Shown here one piece after another: positions 52,748 through 64,000 of a stretch of DNA of 64,000 bases. Each line of letters begins with the position of its first letter. The first letter of the stretch is position 1. This stretch comes from Eledone cirrhosa (lineage: Eukaryota), in contig OZ024746.1 of NCBI GenBank assembly GCA_964016885.1, positions 46,066,001 through 46,130,000 on the forward strand, given 5' to 3'. A program made the translations under genes and the position numbers. The notes under the pieces were generated by a model that saw nothing but the letters and a program-made list of their open reading frames with translations, was not told the origin of the DNA and did no database searches.

Positions 52748-53308
52748 GAAATCAAATGCTGTGTGCAGGAGAGGCGGATGCGTTGGTATGGACATGTGAT
52801 GCGTATGAAGGATGACAGCTGCATAAAAAGGTGCAGAGCACTAGAAGTCGATGGAAACCGCGGAGTGGGGATACCCAAGATGACCAGGGATGAGGTGATA
52901 AAAGCCGACCTTACCCAATTACACCTCTCAAAGGCGATGACAGACGACCGTGACCTCTGGCGTCACGCAGTAATACAGAGTACCCGACCTCCCATGGGTA
53001 CAAGCTGAAGCATATAGACAATATGCCCCCACACCCTCCCACTGCAAGGTGGTCATGGAGGTGCCACGGCAAAAAAAGCACCCAGCCCACACTGTAAAGT
53101 GGACGTGTAGGCGCCATGAAAAAGCACCCAACACTCACTGTAAATGAGGTTGGTGTTAGGAAGGGCATCCAGCTGTAGAAATCAAGCCAAATCAGTTCCT
53201 GTATGAGCAAGGCATGGTCAGCCGACCAGACACTGCCCACAACAGGACAACCCATCTAACCCATGCTAGCGTGGAAGAACGGACGTAAAACGGTGATGAT
53301 GATGATGA
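52748..53308 (+). mobile_element. RTE LINE 3' fragment
   Basis: IKCCVQERRMRWYGHVMRM.., 3' UTR and tail. Confidence 0.9.
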
Positions 53309-53465
53309 TATGTGTGTATGCGTGTGTTAGTTAGGTGTGTAACAACAATTACAGGTGGCGTGCTGTTCGAAGCAGTCAATGCTGTTATGAAGTTTGTTTT
53401 GAGTTGTATTTCAGAGTTACAGCTGTAGTTTGCAGAGTGCAAATAGATTTAAAAGAAGCAAAGAC

Positions 53466-53683
53466 AGTGTTGCAGCCTTTGTTCAAACTTTATTTGCATA
53501 TTACAATTGTTTCAACATCGATCAGCTGAGGGTACAATCAAGGTGTCTTTGCACATATAAGCTCGCATATCTGATGAGTTGTCAAGAAAGAGTTGGGCCC
53601 CATCACCTTGATTGTACTCTGAGCTGATTGATATCAAAACAATTATAATATGAAAATAAAGTTTGCACATATGCTGCAACACT
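53466..53683. mobile_element. MITE-like imperfect inverted repeat (arms about 80 bp)
   Basis: agtgttgcagc...gtacaatcaaggtg / caccttgattgtac...gctgcaacact. Confidence 0.7.
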
Positions 53684-54766
53684 TTAAAAAAATATATATA
53701 GAGAGGGAGTAGGGTGGTGGATTAGGGAGCATGTATTAGTAATATTAATGTTAACCATATCAACCTATGGTATCTGTTCCTGTTAGTAGATATCAGCTAA
53801 TGATAACCGTATGAACTGATCCAACAACAGCTGCATTACCTTTGGACACACTTTAATATCAGTGATAAATTATGATCAAACTCTCAGTCTGCAGTATGAC
53901 ACTATATCAATTAAATTACTTTCAGTATTTTATTATGTTTTAAAACATGTTTCTCTGATATTCGTGCCTAAATATTTTGCTGTGCAGATTATAAACAACT
54001 TACTTTTTCATCATTGCCATGATCAAGTACTTAGCCGCTTAGCTGAAGGATTTCAAGTCCATATTCTAATATATGCATTATTATGAATTTTCCCATTTTT
54101 GCTTCACTTAATAAAGATTTTAAAAAATTCAAAATTCGAAGCATCGCTGATCATGTCTTTTAATGCATAATTAGTTTGATAAGTTACAGTACAAGTTGTG
54201 AATCCTGCTAAGATTTAATTAGTCTTATTTGCATTATGCTATGTTATAGACAATAAACCTTTAATGTAGAGGTTTACAGCCATATTGAATGACATGCTAT
54301 TTAATTAAAACCTACCACTGTGAAAATCTCCTACAGTTCTGTTTGTGAGCTTGTCTTCTCATGTCAACAGAATCCATTAATGGCTATCTATTTATAGGAA
54401 AATGCAACCAAATTTTATGCTGCAAGCAAACACTCAACCAGCATTATAGTTAAAGCTTTGAAATAAGGTTCACGAAAGGGTATATTTCTTATTAGAATTG
54501 TTGTTGTTAAATTTTAAGTCAGCTGCAGTTGAGCAGATTTATAATTAAAAACATTTCAGCCATGACCACAACCATATCATCCCCTTTTATGTTTTCAGAC
54601 ATATTGCATCTAGAACGACTTTATTTAGCCTATTCTTTTTAAATTAAATAGGTAGGGTATGGTATGATGGGGATTTTGCAGCTATTTTTTAACAGGTCTT
54701 GTTCTCTCTTTCTCTCTCTCTAAATTTAATTCCAAAGAGAATATTTTTCTCTGAAAGTTGCTTATA

Positions 54767-54803
54767 CTCTGAAGAAGGTAATTTTAAGTCCAGAAATATT
54801 AGG
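54767..54803 (+). ncRNA. Minimal hammerhead ribozyme-like motif
   Basis: CT-CTGAAGA-A-GG..CC-A-GAAA-TATT-AG with palindromic AATATT. Confidence 0.4.
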
Positions 54804-54966
54804 ACAGAATAAACAACAGCAAAAACAAAATAAACAAATCAAAAAGATTACCAGGTAACTTACTTTTTCATTACCTTCATCTTACAGTCCATTTTGCATT
54901 GTTAGGCCTTATATCGCTTTCCACATTATATATCATATATAATGGTTCAACCAAACAACATTTCAT

Positions 54967-54997
<31 letters not shown>

Positions 54998-55427
54998 GAA
55001 TATACATATATATGAAAAGATTCAGGAGCCCGACGGCTGAGTTCCAGCCATTTCAACAGCTATATATCCCTCTAGTTTGGTATCATAAGATTATTTTCAT
55101 AAGTGGATCATGGGATATATGTTCACATTCTGGCCACTCCAAGAAACCTAACTCTATCTAATTCTCAAATTTATACACATTGTTGTTATTTAGCCCCACA
55201 TCAGCTGATAATGAGCATCGCATCTTTTATTCACACATAATGTATCTAGAAGTACATTAGTCAATGTTTAATTCCATTTTTTAAGATGTTGGTTATAATT
55301 TGAGGGATATTTGGCTGCTATTTTTATTGGCCCATAACATACTTCAATTTCAGGTATCAATACACCATTTTCTATGTCATATACACTTCAACAACTAACT
55401 GTATTGAAATATGTTATTTATATCATT

Positions 55428-55702
55428 ATCCAGGCCGAAACAAATGAGATTGTGTAGGTGTCACAACAAAAAAACACACAGTCCACGCTGTAATGTGACC
55501 GTGTAGGCAACACGGTAAAAACCTCCCAGCCCCACACTGTAAATGTGGTTGGTGTTAGGAAGGGCATCCAGCTGTAGAAAACCCGCCAGACAGTCCTATG
55601 CGAGCAATGACAACCACTCTTGTCTCAAGTGGGAAAACTCCCGTCCAAACCCATGCAAGCATGGAACATGGACGTTAAACGATGATGATGATGATGATGA
55701 TG
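55428..55702 (+). mobile_element. RTE 3' UTR fragment with (GAT)n tail
   Basis: Homologous to about 35850-36121. Confidence 0.85.
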
Positions 55703-55824
55703 AGTGTGTTACAAAGTGTGACATATAACTAGCATTAGAATTATTACTAACAAAGAGAATTCACTATAGGTTAGTCCCATAAAAATGGAAAACATCCAAT
55801 TAAGGATGTTTACCTTAAATTAGA

Positions 55825-56125
55825 TGGTGAATTGGCAGAGTCATTAGAATGTCAGATAGAATGCTTTATGATATTCGTTCTGGCTCTCTGCTCTCTGAGT
55901 TCAAATTCTACCAAGGTCAACTTTGTCTTTCATCCTTGTGAGGTCAATAAAAAAATTACTAGTCTAGTACTGGGATTGATTCTTCATCTCACTGGAAGAA
56001 ATTTGCTGTAGTTAGGTTTGGAGAGAGATGGGCTCCGCCAGGCTTAAAGTGCCCAAGAAACGCTATATGTTAATATAGTGCCCCTATGACTATCAGGAGT
56101 TATGGAACCATACCATACCATACTA
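55825..56125 (+). mobile_element. Nin/Deu-core SINE with a second tail type ending in (TACCA)n
   Basis: tggcagagtcattaga..gagttcaaattc..ctttcatccttgtgaggtcaataaa; tail shared with 44796-44915. Confidence 0.65.
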
Positions 56126-57274
56126 TACCTTACATTACTAATATTAAATGTTACATAATTTGAAGTTCTCTATTGAATTTGTCGTATATATTACAAACTA
56201 TGTTCTGAGAAAAATATTTTTCAAGATTTTTTAGTTTAGTTGATAATGTAAGTTAATAAGACCATTTGTATAATAAAGAGGAAAATATTAATAAAACAAA
56301 TTGTCTATTGCTTTGTCAAATCTTGATGGTCAGTGTTCATGATGTTTTGCAGGGCTACCTTGTGAGAAAAACTTGGCAGAATCCAGTACACCAACTGAAT
56401 CTTATCATATGCCTTTGGACATTGATTTCCTTAATCTCCACCATCTGAAGTCCTTCAGACACTAAACTCCAATTGCTTTAAGCTGACCTTTTTAAAGAAA
56501 ATATTAACTGAAAATTGGAGAAATCTGGGTCTTGGTGGCTATTTTTGGAAAAACTCAAACTTTATGGGGCTGTGGCTGAATAGCAACAACTGTTGAGCAC
56601 CCCATCTTCTCTAATAATACAGTATATCTGGGAAACTTGAGAGAACACTTGAATTCAGTTACCCAAACGCCTGAGTGTATCAAGGGGGTTGAATGTGGAA
56701 AAAGTGCAAGAATGCACATTTGTTTTTAATTTTTGAACTATGATAACTGTTTATCACAAAGTTGAAACCATATAAAACATTATAAACACACACCTGGAAG
56801 TGAGTCTAGAAAAATAGACATTAAATATTTTAAACTAATGTAAGAATCTATTTGCGTCCCCTGAAAACAACTCGAAATGGAAATTTCCACTTTTGGGGAT
56901 AATTCAGAGTCCCAAAATCAGTGTGCAGCAATTTGGAAATCTTTTGAATCTAAAACTTCTTTGTTTGTGACCTCTTGACCATACAAAAACATTAATGTGA
57001 TTGGCAAATGAGGCTTCATACTTCTGCAATACATTACACAATCAGTGGGGTTGAAAAGCAGAAAAGATACTTCAAGGTGCATTTTGATTGGGTCAATAAA
57101 GGTAGTTTTCGAAAACTACACTTTCTTTCCAAAGCTCAAGAAAATGAGATGCACTAGAAATGAGTAAAAAATAACAGGAAATGATAAAAAAAATGGCACC
57201 AAAAGCTATTCACAAGCATCATATCTCATCAAAATTTGTACTTCATTTATTTTATCACAAGAAAAACGATAGGA

Positions 57275-57465
57275 TCAATATGTGCTTCCAGGGGAAGGTG
57301 GATCAACTTTCTTTATGATGTTCTTGACTGAAATCCAACAGATATCATCATGACGTGGCCCAGAAAAATTGGTTTGCAGGGCCTTTGAGCTGAAGGAATT
57401 TAACATTAATGTCAGAGTATTCCACTGAAATATAATTTGCCATTCCAAAGTACCAATCAATATGG
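57275..57465 (-). pseudogene. Frameshifted coding relic, probably a DNA-transposon ORF C-terminus
   Basis: DWYFGMANYISVEYSDINVKFLQLKGPANQFFW/PRHDDICWISVKNIIKKVDPPSP across one frameshift. Confidence 0.4.
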
Positions 57466-58856
57466 TTTAAATGTAGAACCTAGATAAATGAACTTAAATG
57501 CACTAAGATATTTCGCTTAGCTGTCTACTATTTTTGCCAATTCATCCCAATTTATGTTAAACAGTGATAATAATGATGATGAGTTCATGATATTCAGAAA
57601 AATGTATTTAAATGATCATTGGATATATTAACTGGACAGCTAAGGATCTCAACAACTAACAGACACTCATTTGTATTATAAGCACATATAATAATCTACT
57701 TGATTCAGTCTGTCTCAATGAGAAATAACATCTTCAACAACTTCACAGATAAGTGGTGAGTGTACAGATTATTAGAAAGATCATCAAGCAATAAGATAGT
57801 TGATATAAAACTTATAAATACATTACGGATCTTATAAGCATTGACCTATTCATTATGAAAATATCAGATGTAAAATCTAAAAAAAAAAGGCATTATGAAA
57901 ATGATTTATATAGTGATGTTAGTCATTGTAGTTGCACATAATTGTGTATGTGCTATCACAGAGAAATCAATTTATTAGTAATTCTTAAAACAATTAAAGG
58001 TTGAGCTCTTTCATAAAAGGTGCCTTTAGACTGTTAGTAATAGAATGATTTTAATGTCATATCTTGGAAAGCCATTGTTGAAATAACCAAAGAACTTTAG
58101 CCACTATACAAATGTAGTTTTATTACTTGCATGGTAATGGTTGTGATGATAGTCAAAAGCAGGGTGCTGAAACATATTTCTCCCTATCCTATTCAGCTTC
58201 AGGTACACACCGACACAAATATATAAAGAAAGGCTAAAGAAAAAAAGGCTTAGGTATTTTCTCATAATATTTTTATTTTGACTGAGTGTAAACCTAAACA
58301 GATGAAAGCGAATTGAATACATTTCACCTTTTTTTTCTCTCCCCTTCTCATTGGGAAAACAATTTTAATCTTCATCACTATCTTCCTTCTATTTTTGGAA
58401 GTGTTCATACATAGTTCATATAATTGTCTCACATTATGTATCAACGATGCCCAAAATGCTTACAGATGAAGTGATTGTTAAATATTGAATAAACAAATGG
58501 TAAGATATATTGTTTTTGTATGCTTGCTTACTTTTTCATGATAATATAAAAGAAAACTAAAAGCAAAATTACTTTCCACATGTTTCTAATGATTCACTCC
58601 TTTACAAAAGAAGTGGATGGACCAGGCACAAGAGTACGTATATCACAAACAATGTTAAAATAATGATTAGAAAAGAATCAAGACAATAACAATATAAATA
58701 GTGGCGAGGGCCTATGTAGGAGAGGAAAACTGAGAAAGACACAAGATCAAGAGTTGGGGAGAGTTCTCAGTGGTCTTCACACACAAAATGGAAAATACTG
58801 ATGTTGATGTTTTAAACTGAATCATTATAATCTAAAAGAGTAGTCAATAGTTATAA

Positions 58857-60830
58857 TCATCATCATCATCATCATCGTTTAACGTCCATTTTCCACGCTA
58901 GCATGGGTTAGATGGGAGTTGACCCACTTGAGGCAAGGCTGGTCGGGTGACCGTGTCTCGCTCATATAGGACTATCTGGCAGGTTTTCTATGGATGCCCT
59001 TCCTAACACCAACCACGTTTACAATGTGGAACTGGGAACTTTTTACCGTGTTACCTACATGGCCACATTACAGCGTGGACTGTGTTTTTTTTTTTCGTGA
59101 CACCTACACGAACTCGATCTCATTTTCTTGTGCTGATGGTGGGAGTGGGAGGATAGGGTAAGGGTAGTGGATTGGGGTGTATATTTGGTTAAGATGTGCC
59201 TACTGACTGTAGGTTTCGCTTTGTACATAGGCAAGGCGGGTCTTCTGTATTACTGCATAGCGCCAAAGATCTCGGTCCAGAGACATTGTCATAGAGAGAT
59301 GTAAGTGTGTGAGGTCGGAATTTATCAGATCATCCCAGGTTTTTCTGGGTCTACCTACTCCGTAACTACCATCAATTTTGATCGCCCTGCACTTTTTTAT
59401 GCAGCTGTCGTCTTTCATGCGCATCACGTGACCATACCAACGTAGTCTTCTTTCAAGTAAACAGCATCTGATCCCTCTTATTCCTAATTTCTCATTTAGT
59501 TCATTTATGCTTTGCCGGTCACGTATATTACTATTACATATCCAACGGAGCATGCATGCTTCGTTCCTTTCCAGTCTATGCAGGTCCTCTGCACGTAATG
59601 CCCATGTCTCACTGCCATGTAACATTGCTGTTCGTATACAGGCATCATACAATCTGCCTTTCATTTTTAGAGAGAAACCTTTTGTGGCCAACAGCGGTAT
59701 AAGCTCTCTGAACTTTTTCCATCCCGTCTGACTCTGGCTACTGTACTTTCAGAACACCCTCCACCTCTGCTGATTTTGTCACCCAGGTAACGGAAAGTGT
59801 CTACTATTTCTATAGAACCATCTGGGCAATGGAAGGAGCTAGTATCCTTTGGACACTTGCTACTTATTACACCTGAGCATTGGCCACATATAAAGTCTAC
59901 GTTCTTAGATAGTTTACCTGTGATCCCACTACATCTTTTATGTACCCATACTTTGCATTTGGGACATAAAATGTAATTTCTGCCTACTCTTTTCCTACAC
60001 ACTGAGCATGGCCATTTTCCTGAGGGCACCTGTGCCCTATTTTCCTTTCTACAAACTAGAACTTTAGTCTTAGACAAGTTAACTTTAAGGCCTTTTGATT
60101 CTAGGCCATGCTTCCATGTTTCAAATTTCTTCTCTAGTTCAGACATTGTTTCAGCTATGAGCGTTAGATCATCTGCATATAGGAGTTTCCATGGGCAGCC
60201 GGTCTTGAACTCCACTGTTATAGCCTGAAGAGCAATAATAAATAGGAGGGGGTTAAGGACAGAGCCTTGATGAACGCCAACTTTTAAGTAATAATTAAGT
60301 AGTCACTGTCGGTTATTTGGGAGGTAATGTGCATTAGCATCTCATAGAACCTGTCCTTTATAACATCAGGTAGACCAGAATGGGGTGCATAAGCAGATAT
60401 TATTGTCACAGTAGTTCTATTTAGAACTTGTCTGAATTCAATTATTCTGTCATTCACTCTATTTACGTCAATTACATTATCTACCAATTTTTCAGCTAAC
60501 ATAATTCCTACACCACCCTGTCCGTTGTCATTTCCCACCCAGAAAAGTTTATAGCATCGTTTTTTACCTACGATGAATCTGACAGACCCCTCCCCCTCTC
60601 CACCTAGTCTCTTGAATACAACAAACATCAACTTCTTTACGTTCAAGCATCTCTACAACCTCATTTGAGCAACCTTTCAATGTGCCTACGTTCATGGTAC
60701 CAACTCTGAAGTTGGGAGGGTGAGATGGATGGGTTAGAGGGGCAGGGAGGGGTGTGGGAGACAGGATTTTGTTGGTCATCTGTGTCTGAAATAAAGAGGG
60801 GTCCTTGTGTGTTAGACAAAATCCAGCTAG
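58857..60830 (-). mobile_element. RTE LINE with a large internal deletion: APE endonuclease N-terminus joined directly to late RT
   Basis: RVGTMNVGTLKG..VDVCCIQETRW..GVGIML..IISAYAPH (60284-60720) abuts KVGVHQGSV (below 60284); tail at 58857-58876. Confidence 0.9.
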
Positions 60831-61354
60831 AGCAGGCTTTTAAAGAAACAACATATCAAGCACACCTCACTGGTGATAACTCATTTATATGCAAACATCT
60901 GGAAAAATATACTGATAATATTATTCTTGTGTTTATTAAAACAGGGCACAAGGAGGGTTAAGTGATTAAGAAGATTGCTTCACAATTACATGCTTCTCAG
61001 TTTGATCCTACTGTGAGGCACCTAGGACACATGCTTTTTACTATTTCATCAAATAGACTATATCTGTATTGGAAGACATATCATTGTCTGATTTCAAATC
61101 ACCACTTGAAACTTAGGTGCCACTTTCAGGATCAAATTTTATTACAAACTTCTTGGACCAAGTTGCTAGTCTGAAAATAACTCAATCTCTTCCTAATGAG
61201 AATAAGAGAACCTGCTAAAAGTATTAGATGCTGCTCTTCCCCTTCTGACCAAGCCATAAAAGAATAATTCATGAAGCTTCAGACTTATTTAAGAAGATAT
61301 ATCGCAGGTTAGGATTTTCTAGATCTTCTCTAGTGTCATTATATTAATCATTCT

Positions 61355-61520
61355 GGTGGATTGGCAGTATTGGTAGAGGGTCGGACACCATGCTTTGACG
61401 CATAGAGTTACGGCCCTTGTTATTCTGCGTTCAAATCCTGCTGAGGTTAACTTTGCCTTTCATCCTTTCGGGGTCGATAAAATAAAGAGGCTGTGCCTAA
61501 AGTAGAAATGATTATATTAA
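61355..61520 (+). mobile_element. Nin/Deu-core SINE
   Basis: Homologous to 33192-33377. Confidence 0.7.
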
Positions 61521-62807
61521 TCATTCTAACCAAAGATAAGAATTGAACTGTGATCTCTTTACTAATCATAATGATCATTTTTATGAAATCATGAATCTTG
61601 TTTTGTAAGAATAATACAGATTCAATTACTGTCACGGCCAATTACATTGCCAATAGATTAATCTCCCCTTAATACATGATTCAGTGTCAAGGGAAGCAAT
61701 TCAAAAAAGAAATTCAATGTGCTAAAGGTTAAACATACACATTCTCTTACCACTTCTATTTTTCAGTCACCATGTACAACTAACCCTCATTTCCCTGAAT
61801 ATTACTAGACCCTGTTGGCACCATAGTAATTACTCTCAATTGATTAATTTACATCTTGACCAAGTTTTTCTTTTCTTTCATTTTTACTCTATTTATTCTT
61901 AAAAATAACGCAGCTATAAAATCATACAAATACATGATTTATTCAATGGAGAAAAAAATTCTTTCTGAACCTTCTAGATAATGTTGTATCTGCCTCAACA
62001 ACCGGCATGATAATAGAGACAATTATGAACATTATGTTTGAAAATCATTGTGAAAATCAAAACTTGTACAATCAATGCAAGCCAGTAATAAAAAAAAATC
62101 ATTGATGAAAACTATACATTAATTTCTTTTTGCCCATTAAAAGAAAAAACATTGGTATATATAAAGTTCCTGACCTTAGCTTATGGAGTATACTTGAAAA
62201 CAATCCAAACTGAACATTCCACCAAGATGATATAAAACTATATTTTTCCAAGCATATGGTTAAACATAACTCAATACTGTTTCTTACATCTGTCATTATT
62301 TAATGTATTCCATCATAAAATTATATTTGAATAGTGATCTACATGATTCTATGTGATTGGAGAATTATGTGTTAAACTCATCCAGTACAGTGTGTAAAGT
62401 GGTTGGTGATAGGAAGGACATGTAGCCAGAGTAAACTTGCCAAACAAATAGACAGGAGGATTCTTCAGCTGTGTCTTGGCTATAAAAAAACTCTCTTGAG
62501 TTGGTGATCTACATGATAAACAATCAGGCAATTCACTCAGCAAAGTGGGTGCTGATAGGAAAGGCATCTAGCCAAAGAAAACCTATAAAAAAAAGAATCA
62601 GGAAGACTCTTCAGATGTGTCAAAGACAAGACAACTTCCCTAGTGTTAGCGCCACAATGAAATGCATGCCATAGAGCATGGGATCATATGTCAAGCCCCT
62701 AGCCCATTTGAATGCCAAAGGCTCTGCTTGGATATTGTCCAGTCTGTGACAACATGCCTAAACCTTGCTACCATGGAAAATAGACATTAAACAATCATGA
62801 TGGGTAT

Positions 62808-64000
62808 ATCATCATCATCATCATCATTGTTTAACGTCCATTTTCCATGCTAGCATGGGTCTGGACGGGAATTGTCCCACTTGAGGCAAGATTGGTTGTC
62901 TTGCTCAGGACTGTCTAGCGGGTTTTCTACGGCTGGATGCCCTTCCTAACACCAACCACATTTAGAGTGTCGACTGGGAGGTTTTTACCGTGTTACCTAC
63001 ACGGCCACATTACAGCGTGGACTGTGTTTTTTTTTGTCGTGACACCTACACGACCTCATTTATTTAGGACTGGATGTTGTGGTACCAACATAGCTTTACA
63101 TCGAAAGGGGTGGTGTAGATGGCGGTGGGGGCAGAGTTAGTGGGACGGGGGTGTATTTTGGTTAAGAGGTGCCTACTGTCTGTAGATTTTGCTTTGTACT
63201 TAGGCAAGGCGGGTCTTCTGTATTACTACGTAGCGCCAAAGATCTCGGTCCAGTGACATTGTCTTGGAGAGGTGTAAGGTCGGATTTTATCAAGTCGTCC
63301 CAGGTTTTTCTGGGTCTGCCTACTCAGTAGCAACCGTCTATTTTGATCGCCCTGCACTTTTTTATACAGCTGTCATCTTTCATGCGCATCATGTGACCAT
63401 ACCTACGTAGTCTTCTCTCGAGTAAACAGCATCTGATCCCTCTTATTCCTAATTTCTCACTTAGTTTATTTATGCTTTGCCGTTTGCGTATATTGCTATC
63501 CAACGAGCAAGCAAGCTTCATTCCTCTCCAGTCTGCGTAGATCCTCTGCACACAAGGCCCATGTCTCACTGTAACATATGAAATCTATATTCTTAGTTAG
63601 CTTACCTGTGATCCCACTACATCTTTTATGCACCCATACTTTGCATTTGGGACATAAAATGGAGTTTCTGCCTACTCCTTTCCTACACACTGAGCATGGC
63701 CATTTCCCAGATGGGACCAGTGCCCTATTCTCCTTCCTACATATTAGGACTTTAATCTTAGACAAATTAACTTTAAGGCCTTTTGATTCAAGGCCATGCT
63801 TCCATGTTTGGAATTTCTTCTCTAGCTCAGCCATTGATTCGGCTATGAGCATTAGATCATCTGCGCATAGAAGTTCCCATGGGCAGCCGGTCTTGAACTC
63901 CTCCGTTATAGCTTGGAGGGCGATAAAAAATAGGAGGGGACTAAGGACGGAGCCCTGATGAACACCAACTTTTACGCTAAACTCTTCACTATATTCGTTG
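62808..64000 (-). mobile_element. RTE LINE running off the window end, internally deleted near 63572
   Basis: QGSVLSP, CADD, partial PHD finger joined to SETW; 3' UTR and tail. Confidence 0.9.

Noticed and set aside
58104-58322. ORF with a hydrophobic stretch as the transmembrane exon of the cyclase
   Set aside because: No convincing splice pair or family motif; the hydrophobicity follows from T-rich composition

Overview
AT-rich animal genomic DNA, not prokaryotic. The repeat content (RTE LINEs with (CAT)n tails, Nin/Deu-core tRNA SINEs, abundant microsatellites) suggests a cephalopod such as Octopus; this is an inference. The window appears to lie mostly or wholly inside one minus-strand host gene, a receptor guanylyl cyclase. 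Four GT-AG exons (40073-40189, 25262-25345, 20813-20917, 9406-9477) splice in frame into the juxtamembrane and kinase-homology region. I did not find the transmembrane exon or the next downstream exon. The introns hold about 15 RTE LINE copies or fragments from at least three families (one has a PHD finger inside the RT ORF), a Penelope-like GIY-YIG fragment fused in frame to an RTE fragment, a CRE-like remnant, a deleted DD37D (maT) transposon, several MITE families and SINEs. They also hold several minimal hammerhead-ribozyme-like motifs, a 522-bp tandem repeat and several perfect palindromes. All calls come from reading the sequence by eye; no search was run, and repeat boundaries are approximate.
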